Assembly: GCA_963707505.1 (NCBI GenBank)
Contig: CAVPQB010000005.1
Span: 4,991 to 68,990 of the forward strand
Source of the DNA: an uncultured Gemmatimonadales bacterium
Lineage (GTDB): Bacteria; Gemmatimonadota; Gemmatimonadetes; Gemmatimonadales; Gemmatimonadaceae
DNA length: 64,000 bases
Direction of reading: 5' to 3'
The notes under the pieces are model-generated. The model saw nothing but the letters and a program-made list of their open reading frames with translations, was not told where the DNA came from and did no database searches. This document shows positions 56,052 to 64,000 of this stretch, in pieces. Numbering within the stretch: the first letter of the stretch is position 1; each line of letters opens with the position of its first letter. Position numbers and translations under genes: made by a program.

Positions 56052-57035
56052 CGACAGACGGGGCGTTGCGCTCGATGTCGCCGCACAATTCTCGAGCGCG
56101 ACTTCCAGCGCGCGACGCCCGTCGGCGCCCCTCACTACCAGCGGTGCGCTGCCGTTCAGCGCCGCCGCAAAACTCTCGAACTCGAGCTTGAGCGGCTCTC
56201 CTTCCGGAGCCTCCAACGCAATGCGCTCCACGAAGTCCGCGAGATCCGGCGTCTTCCCGCTCGCGACGAGCGCGTGCAGGTCGCCAGTCCTTCTTCAGTC
56301 GAAAGAATTCGCCATTTCCCGCGGCAAGATCGAGCGAGAGATAACCACTCGGCTGGAAGATTCGCACCTTGCGAACTCTCTCACGCGAGATGCGGCTCGC
56401 GGTGATGTTGGCGACGGCGCCCGATTCGAACGTGATCCGCGCATTTGCAATGTCCACGGTCGGCGTGAGCACGGGAATTCCGACGGCGGCAATGTTACCA
56501 GCGCCGGAATTGACGAGCGTCAGTATCAGATCGATGTCGTGAATCATCAGGTCGAGCACGACCGCGACGTCCGAGCCCCGAATGTTGAACGGCGCCAGGC
56601 GATCGCTCTCGATGAACCGCGGATTGCTCACGTACGGCAGTGCGGCGCGTATCGCGCGATTGAAACGCTCGACGTGCCCGGTCTGCACGATCACGCCCGT
56701 ACGCTGCGCGATTGCGAGCAGCGCATCGGCTTCTTCGAGCGTCGCCGTGATCGGCTTCTCGATGAGCACGTGCTTGCCGCGCTCCAGCGCCCTGCTCGCG
56801 ACCGCGAAGTGCCGCGGTGTCGGCACGACGATCGTCACGGCGTCGACGTCGTCGAGCAGACGTCTCCAGGTCGCTGTAACTCGGAACCTCCAGCTCCGAT
56901 GATACCTGCGCAGCGCGCTCCGGTCGCTCTTCCACGAATCCGGACAAGCCGGAACTCGGGCATCTCTCGCAACAATCGAACGTGGTGGTAGCCGAGCGCG
57001 CCCGCTCCGACGACGCCAATGCGCAGTGGCTTCAA
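56044..57035 (-). pseudogene. Gfo/Idh/MocA-family NAD-dependent oxidoreductase (GnnA-like position); frame breaks
   Basis: The TTG at 57035 overlaps the lpxA stop (TTGA) and gives LKPLRIGVVGAGALGYHH (Rossmann). ORF 56044-56838 contains VVPTPRHFAVASRALERGKHVLIEKP. The C-terminus is spread over ORF 55572-56231 and the tail of ORF 56044-56838. Confidence 0.75.
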
Positions 57036-57813
57036 ATCGCGACCCCGCGCTGGCTCGATTCCACGAACTGCACGAGCTGCATCACTTCGGGAATCTGCTC
57101 GACCTCCGCCGTCACTCGCTCGATCGCCTGCGCGAGATTGAGCTCCGATCGGAACAACAGCCGGTACGCGCGCTTCAGCTCGAGAATCGTTTCCGGCGAG
57201 AATCCGTTGCGCTGCAACCCGACCGAATTGAGTCCATACAGCTTCATCGGATTGCCGACAGCCTTGACGAACGGCGGCACGTCCTTCGACACACGTGAGC
57301 AACCCCCAACTATCGCGTTGCGCCCGATTCGCGTGAACTGGTGAACGGCTGTCACACCCGAGAGGATCACGCGGTCCTCGACAGTCACGTGACCGGCGAG
57401 CTGCACCATGTTCGCGAGAACGACGTCGTCGCCGACGTGACAGTCGTGCGCGAGATGCACGTACGACATGACGAAGCTGTTTGGGCCCGACCGTCGTCTT
57501 GAACGATTGCGACGTGCCACGATTGATCGTCGCTGTATTCGCGGATCACCGTGTTGTCGCCGATCTCGACAGTCGTGCGCTCGCCCTTGAACTTGAGGTC
57601 CTGCGGATCGCCGCCGAGAACGGTCCCGACTCCGATCTTCACGTTCCTGCCGAGTGTGACGTAGCGCTCGAGACGTCGCGCGCGCCGATATCACGCAGCC
57701 GTCGCCGATCACGCACTCGTCGCCAATGATCGCGAACGGGCCGATCTCGACGTCGTGCGCCGATCTCCGCGGAAGACGATACGATCGCGGTCGGATGAAT
57801 CTGCGCGCGTCAT
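57032..57813 (-). pseudogene. lpxA: acyl-ACP--UDP-N-acetylglucosamine O-acyltransferase; frame breaks
   Basis: The ATG at 57813 overlaps the fabZ stop (ATGA). It contains hexapeptide repeats (VEIGPFAIIGDECVIGDGC), [23 protein letters not shown] in the frame of ORF 57385-57642, and [24 protein letters not shown]...GLNSVGLQRNGFS. Confidence 0.85.
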
Positions 57814-59124
57814 CGGTCGCGAACCATGGCGGCCATCTCCGCCTCGGCGACGACCTCGCCGTCCACCTTCGCAACGCCGCGCATCTTGCACACGGCGCCG
57901 CGGATCTGGATCACGTCGAGCTCGAAGCGAATCTGATCGCCCGGCTTGACCGGCTTCCGGAATTGCACGTTGTCGAGCGACATGAAGTACACGACCTTCT
58001 GTTCGGCCTCCTCGAATCCGCCCAGCAGCAGCATTCCGCCGACCTGCGCCATCGCCTCGATGATCAGCACGCCCGGCATTATCGGATGCCCGGGAAAGTG
58101 TCCCTGAAAGAATGGCTCGTTGATCGTGACGTTCTTGATGCCCGACGATCCGCTTCTTCTCCCTCGATCTCGAGGATCCGGTCGACGAGCAGAAACGGAT
58201 AGCGGTGCGGAAGCACCTTCATGATGTCTTCGATCGACATCGTTCCAGCCATGCTCTTCCTCGCTTGCTCGTTGATCTGGCCGCCGGCCAGCCGCACCAT
58301 CTCACGAACCAGCGTCACCGTGCCCCGGTGACTCGGCCTGCACCGCGACTATTCGCGCGCGCACGCGCGCGCCGGCCAGCGCGAGATCGCCCACGCAGTC
58401 CAGTCGCCTTGTGCCGCACGAACTCGTCGTTCCAGCGCAGCTCGTCGTCGACAACATCGGTGTCGTCGAGCACTACCGCGTTGTCGGTCGACGCGCCCTG
58501 GATCAGACCCTTGCGCCCGCAGTGCCTCGACTTCGTGAACGAAGCCGAACGTTCGCGCTCGCGGCCAGCTCCTTCGCGATACATTCCGCGTCCGACAACG
58601 TAGCGCCGCGACTGCCGTCCGATGATCGGGTGCGGAAATTCGATCGTGACGTCGAGCGTCAGCTCGTTCGCCGGATACGCCTCGTAGACCGATTCGCCGT
58701 CGATGATCCGAACGGCTCGCGTCAGCGTCGAGATACTCCGGTTCACCCTCCATGCTCGTCGATCCCGGCGCCGATCAACGCGTCGTAGAAACGGCGCCGC
58801 GCTTCCGTCGAGAATCGGCGGCTCAGGACCATCCATGTCGATCACGAGATCGTCGATCCCCATCGCGGCGACCGCGGCCAGAACGTGCTCGACGGTGTGG
58901 ATCGCCGCAGTCGCCACTTGCCGAGCTGCGTGCCGTCGCTCGCGTCGCCGTGACCTGCGTCCACATGGGCGCGAATCAGCGGCGAGCCCGCGAGATCGCG
59001 CGCGCGAAACGACAATCCCCGCTCCAGCGCGGTGCCGGCTGAAACGTGAGCTCGCACGCGCTGCCCGAGATGCAGCCCGACGCCCTCGACGCGTCACCGG
59101 CGCCGAGATCGTGCGCCTCGTCAT
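57810..59124 (-). pseudogene. lpxC/fabZ: bifunctional UDP-3-O-acyl-GlcNAc deacetylase / 3-hydroxyacyl-ACP dehydratase (LpxC-FabZ fusion); frame breaks
   Basis: The LpxC part contains [48 protein letters not shown] and NAVVLDD...[11 protein letters not shown]. The linker runs into the FabZ part with no stop in the reconstructed frame: [24 protein letters not shown], then PGVLIIEAMAQVGG...VAKVDGEVVAEAEM. Confidence 0.8.
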
Positions 59125-60104
59125 GCGCGGTCGCCTTGTCGTCCAGCGAGCTTCTCGATTCGGCGCATCATTCCGGCCAACTTGAACAGCGCCGCCGACG
59201 CACGCAGCGATTCGCGATGCGGACGCGCCGGATATCCCGACCACGATTCGCCAGCCGGAACGTCGCCGAACACGCCCGCCTGCGCCGCGATGCGCGCGCC
59301 GTCGCCGATGGTGAGGTGCCCACCGATCCCGGCCTGGCCCGCGAGGATTACGCCGTCGCCGATGTGCGCCGAGCCGGCGATGCCAACCTGCGCCATGAGC
59401 AGACACAGTCGCGCCGATGCGCACGTTGTGCGCCGATCTGCACGAGGTTGTCGATCTTGCGTGCCCGTCGCCGATCACGGTGTCGTCGATGCTGCCGCGA
59501 TCGATCGTCGTATTCGCGCCGATCTCGACGTCGTCACCAATGATGCAGCGTCCCGACGTGCGGAATCTTCTCGTGCGCGCCGTTGCGGAACACGTAGCCA
59601 AATCCGTCACTCGCGATACGCGCGCCAGAATGCACGATGCAGCGCGCGCCGATCTCACGCGCCGCGTACACGGTCACATGCGGATACAGGCGCGTGCCGT
59701 CACCGATGTTTCACACCGTCGCCAAGCACCACGTAGTCTTCGATCCGCACCCCGGTCACCGAGCCTTACACCGCGTCCGATCCGCGCCGTAGGCGCGATC
59801 CAGGGCTCCGCGGGCGCAAGATCGTACAGCACGGGAAGTATCGACCTGCAACGCCTCGTGCGGCCTGTCGACCACGATTCCACTCGGCGCACCGCATTCC
59901 GCGTCTGCAAGATCGCGCGCGACGAGCACGATTCCGGCGTCGACAGTCCGCCAGTTGCTCCGACGCGTAGCGAGCCGAGGCCAGAAAAGTAGCGTGGCGT
60001 GGCCCCGCCCTGTCGAGCGGAGCCACGCCATCTACCGCAGACTCCGGGTCACCGCGCAGCTCGCCACCGACGAGCTGCGCGATTTCCCGCGCAGTCAGCG
60101 CCAT
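59121..60104 (-). pseudogene. lpxD: UDP-3-O-acylglucosamine N-acyltransferase; frame breaks
   Basis: The N-terminus MALTAREIAQLVGGELRGDPESAVDGVAPLDRAGPRHATFLAS is in ORF 59766-60104. The C-terminal hexapeptide repeats plus tail ([39 protein letters not shown]...WSGYPARP) are in ORF 59121-59396. Confidence 0.85.
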
Positions 60105-60112
60105 CGCGTTAT

Positions 60113-60739
60113 CTACGGCTTTGGACGCGTCACGCCCGCCGGCTTCTGTGCTGGACCAACCGGCTTCGGCGATGCCGTCGTCGTTGAAGCGGCTCCCGCC
60201 TTCGGGGGACCAAGTGCCTTGAGCTTCGCGAGAACCATGTCGGTGAGATCGAGCGACTTGTCAGCCGATACGAGTGCGCTGCCCTGGGCGCCGACGTCGA
60301 AGATCATCGTGTAGCCGCCCTGAGAGCGAACCTGGTCGAGCACCTGTGAAACCTGATCCATCAGCGGGCGTGCCAGATCTGCCTGGCGCTGCTGCATCTG
60401 ATTGTTCAGGTCCTGCGCGCGCTGCGTGAACGCGGCTTCGGTGTCGCGGATCGTCTTGCCGCGCGCTTCCTTGCGTGCGCTGTCGAGGGCCGGTGCGTCC
60501 TTTTCGTAGGTCGCGACCATGCCCTTGAGCGAGTCGTCCATCTGCTGCAACTGCGCCCGCGCTGTCGCCATCTCCTTGTTGTACGTCGATTCGGCCTCTG
60601 CCCGACCCGGCGCTTCCGCGAGGATCTTCTGGGAGTTGATATAGGCCAACTTGACCGGCGCCGCCTGCGCGAATGCCGAAGGAGCGAGTGCGAGTGTCGC
60701 TGCCGCAAACATCGCGGAGTGCATCCATTTGCTCATCAT
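60113..60739 (-). CDS. skp: OmpH/Skp-family periplasmic chaperone
   Basis: ORF of 208 aa with a signal peptide (MMSKWMHSAMFAAATLALAPSAFAQ), a coiled-coil body rich in Q/A/K/E, and the position between bamA and lpxD. Confidence 0.85.
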   Translation of the reverse strand: MMSKWMHSAMFAAATLALAPSAFAQAAPVKLAYINSQKILAEAPGRAEAESTYNKEMATARAQLQQMDDSLKGMVATYEKDAPALDSARKEARGKTIRDTEAAFTQRAQDLNNQMQQRQADLARPLMDQVSQVLDQVRSQGGYTMIFDVGAQGSALVSADKSLDLTDMVLAKLKALGPPKAGAASTTTASPKPVGPAQKPAGVTRPKP

Positions 60740-60745
60740 ATTTTC

Positions 60746-63179
60746 CTAGAAGTACTGTCCAAGTTTGAAGTGGACTTTCCACCCCGGGTTAGAGTGCCCC
60801 TGCGCGTCCACCCGGTCCAGGCCGTACGCGAAGTCGACACCAAGAGGGCCGAGCGGACTCACCACTGAGCCGCCCACGCCTACACTACGAAAGAGACGCG
60901 TTGGATCGAAGTCTCGCGGCCGCGCCCACACATTGCCGCCTTCCATGAACGTATCGAGATACACCGATTGATTGATCCGGAGCCCCAGCTCCGCGGTCGT
61001 GACAAAGAACGCGTTCCCGAACGAGGTCGTCTTGGCGTTGCCGTTACACGCCGATGGATCGTATCCGGCGGGCGTGATGGAAAATTCGCAGTAGCCGCGC
61101 AGCGGCTCGCCGTACTGAGTGCCACCGAGTGCGAACGACTGCGACGAGAAGAACGGGCCCGGATCGCCGAGCACCGCACCTGCGCGCGCCGTGAGGCCCG
61201 CCACGATCGTCATCGGCTCGCCACCGAGCGGATTGCCGCCTATGTACGCCAGCGGCGCATACGAGCGGAGTTCCGTCGTGTACTTCTGGAAGTTGGCAGT
61301 TCCGCCGAGCGGCCCGCCGTTGAACGATGCACTGAAGTTCTGCAGGCCGCCCTGCGTCGCGAACGGAAGCCCAAGCCGCGTATCATGCTGATAGGACACG
61401 CCGAGCGACGATCGGAAACAGCTCTTGCAGCTTGTGATGATCGTGCTGAGCAACGTACCCTGGTCATTCGCATACTTCACCGACTCGCCACCATAGGAGA
61501 GGAAGATGCGGCTGAAGTATGAATTGGGAACCGGGAAGCCGAACTGGATCTGACCACCGATGCGCGTACTCTGACCGAGGTCGGCGATGGTGTAGCGCGT
61601 CTTTGTGTCGTACGCCGTCACCGATCCGGAGATGCGCGAATCGCGAATGTTCGGATCGGAGTACGTGAGGCTGAAATCGTTGATGTACTTGCCGAACTGC
61701 CAGTTGAGCTGCGCGCGCTTGCAACGCCCGAACAGATTTGGCTGGTCCAGTCCGATGAATCCACCCAGTCCGGTGCCCTGACCCATCGACGCACCGAAGT
61801 TGACGTTGCCGGTGCGCTTCTCCTTCACCTTGAAGGTGATGTCGACGTCACCGTTTTCATCCGGTGTGACTTCCGGCTCTGGCATCGGCGAATCGAAGAA
61901 ATTCAGATTCGCGATGTTCTGATAGCTGCGAATGAGATAGTCGCGCTTGAACACCTGGCCTGGCGCCATGACGATCTGTTCGCGTATGCACGACTCGTAA
62001 GTGTAGTCGTTGCCCGCGATGTCGATTCTATTCACTATCGCCGGCGACTTTTCCTCGATGTCCCAGCGCAGGTTGACCTTGCGGACGGAATCCTGCGACG
62101 GCACGCGTTCCTCCACCGGAGTGACGACAGCGTAGATGTAACCCTCGTTGCTGTACGCTTCCTTCACCTTCTCCGTCGCGTCGGTCCAGCGCGATTCATC
62201 GAAGGTTCCCTTCGGGCTTTTGTACGTGTGGTGAACCAGGCCGAGCGCGCTCTCCGCCAGCGATCGATCTTCGCGATCGAATGGGAAATAGTTGCGCAGC
62301 TGTTCCTGCGTGAACGCGCTTGTTCCCGAGAATCTCGAAATTGCCGACCGTATAGCGCGGACCGTCCTGAACGTTCAGCTGGATCTCACCCTTGCCGTTC
62401 TGTTTATCAACGCGCATGGTGTCCTGCAACAGCCTGAAGTCGATGTAGCCGCGACTCGCATACAGTGACGGAACGCGATCTGTGAGATCGCCCGCGAAGG
62501 TGGCGTCGTCGAACTCGCCGTTCCGAAACCACCAGAACCCTTCGGGCTTGGTCTGCATCGCACCGACGATAGCGCTCGACGGAACCGAGCGGTTTCCTGT
62601 AACGCCTATACCGGAAATCGCGAGACGCCTTCCTTCGGTCACGTCGAAAGTCAGGGTAAGCTGATCGTTGGCAAGCGAGGAATCGACGTGCACGCGAGCG
62701 AGATAGAATCCCTTGCTCTCGTACAGTGAATCGGTGCGCGAGATCGCGAGCGCGACTTTCGCAGGATCGACGGCGGTTCCAATCGGAAGGTCGAGACGCT
62801 CCTTCACATCCTTGGCCGACACCTGATCCACGCCGTGCACCGACATGCTCGCGAGTACAGGTCGCTCCTTGACCTGCACGTCGAGCGAAGCCTTGTTCGT
62901 CTTGGGATCGACGGTGCAGATGACGTGGACGTCATCGTAATTGCCGGTTGCGTACAGCGCTTTGACTGCGCGCTGCACGTCGCGGTAGTTGAGCGTGGTC
63001 TTGGGGACCAGGCCGATGGTTGCGCGCACCGTTGCGTTGTCGACGCGCGAGTTACCCGTCACCGTGATCGTATCGGGCACCGAGCATCGGCCGCCCGCAA
63101 CCGTGGAATCTGCCCCCTGGGCGTACAAAGGGAGCCCTACCAGCGCTAAGGCCAGCAGGCTCCCAGCAAACTTGAACAT
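60746..63179 (-). pseudogene. bamA: outer membrane protein assembly factor BamA; two frame breaks near 62200-62340
   Basis: The Met at 63179 gives the signal peptide MFKFAGSLLALALVGLPLYAQ followed by POTRA repeats (ITVTGNSRVDNATVRATIGL..., VKERP). The beta-barrel is in ORF 60746-62167 and ends ...GWKVHFKLGQYF (terminal aromatic residue). Confidence 0.9.
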
Positions 63180-63470
63180 CCCTCTAATATACCACGACGG
63201 TCGGTTTGAGCGCATCCATCCATGACTCGAGTTTGCATCAATTATCAGGTCCGTACGACACCACGAGGTGCAGGAAAGTTGCGCGTGCGACACAGCATTC
63301 TTTTGCTGCAGACTTTGACCTCACAACTCAAGTATTGCGCTCGCGCTGCCGACACCAAGATGTGTCACGCGTGTGGCCACCCATCCCGGTCCGCGAGCAG
63401 CACACGCCGCGCCCGCTCACTGACCAGCCATACTACCGCCCAGTTTAACTACTGACGCCAAGCACCTTTG

Positions 63471-63494
63471 ACCGCCGCTCCTTTGAGCGGCGGT
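63471..63494 (+). other. stable 10-bp hairpin with a CUUU tetraloop in a non-coding region (terminator-like, weak T-tract)
   Basis: The sequence accgccgctc-cttt-gagcggcggt is followed by tcgcgttt. No convincing gene lies upstream on the plus strand. Confidence 0.4.
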
Positions 63495-63825
63495 TCGCGT
63501 TTCCCCCCACGCCCGGCACCTCCGTTCGGCGCGGCCAAGTCCCGTCCAGCGCGTGCGACCCGCACCCGCTGTCCATGTGGGGCACGGACGCGACACCTGT
63601 TGCGGCCGCGCACGACCACTCCCCGCAGTTGGTACATCTGTTCTGCAAGGAGGGTCCATGACGGTTCCATTCGGCGCATTATCCGGACGAGATAACCGGA
63701 ATACCGGCGGGTTCTCAACTCGGAATGACAGGAAACTGACGGTGCATCCGTGGCCCCGCGCTTGCCTCTGTTTGGCTCTGACCAACCCACAGTCCCTTTA
63801 CGCTCAAGTCCCTTAGGACAAAACA

Positions 63826-64000
63826 ATGTCTATCGCCAAGCTCCTCGTCGCAACGGCAATCGCTGCTGCCCCAATCAGCGTAGTGGCAGGCCAGTCGGGC
63901 GTTCCCGCCGACAGTGGCAGTGACCACCATGCGCGCGGATGGATCGCTGGCGCTGGGGCTGTCGCCGGAGCCGGCCTCTTCCTGGCCTTCACGCAGTCCG
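63826..64000 (+). CDS. N-terminal fragment of a secreted or membrane hypothetical protein (continues beyond the window)
   Basis: The ATG at 63826 is preceded by AGGA 7-8 nt upstream. It encodes MSIAKLLVATAIAAAPISVVAGQSGV... (signal-peptide-like) and stays open to the window end. It is absent from the ORF track because no stop is reached. Confidence 0.5.
   Translation, partial: MSIAKLLVATAIAAAPISVVAGQSGVPADSGSDHHARGWIAGAGAVAGAGLFLAFTQS

Noticed and set aside
63600-63760. Possible glmS-ribozyme-like or RNase P-like fragments (GACGAG...CGGCGG; GAGAACCCGCCGG on the minus strand).
   Set aside because: Only short fragments match. The order and orientation of conserved elements do not fit either RNA, hallmark motifs such as GGAAAGTCCGG are absent, and the downstream gene is not glmS.

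Overview
High-GC bacterial chromosomal segment from a diderm, with a lipid A/BamA cluster and an LpxC-FabZ fusion. I cannot assign a taxon from sequence alone. It is almost entirely housekeeping genes, mostly on the minus strand and often joined by overlapping stop/start codons. In order: aspS, rlmN, an operon running trpD..trpC-trpF-trpB-[HEAT protein]-[HD-GYP]-trpA-folB-folK-panB-panC, an antisense lexA, truA, a transaldolase-like gene, htrA, purB-purC, psd-pssA, purS-purQ-purL-purF, ppdK, a GT4/CE4/UPF0104 membrane-glycolipid-like operon, tmRNA, a GAF-GGDEF cyclase, dusB, ptsN, guaA, lysA, proS, hisS, folC, accD, uvrC, murJ, bshC, rlmH, gdhA, and lpxK-DUF374-lpxB-(Gfo/Idh/MocA)-lpxA-lpxC/fabZ-lpxD-skp-bamA. 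I found no mobile elements, CRISPR arrays, defence systems or rRNA/tRNA genes; the only RNA gene I can support is tmRNA. There are two main caveats or curiosities. (1) The sequence is a mosaic of clean blocks and blocks where nearly every gene needs repeated frame-hopping (1-2010, about 10440-25600, about 55540-62340). This is most likely consensus or assembly error, so I list those genes as pseudogenes in the descriptive sense only. (2) The most interesting biology is a translationally coupled pair, a HEAT-repeat protein plus an HD-GYP phosphodiesterase, wedged between trpB and trpA; the two proteins share an N-terminal module. Also notable are a PimA/PIG-A-like GT4 + CE4 deacetylase + UPF0104 membrane protein operon, and a transaldolase-fold protein lacking the catalytic Lys/Asp/Asn motifs. 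All functional calls come from my reading of the translated ORFs and motif memory; no database search was run.
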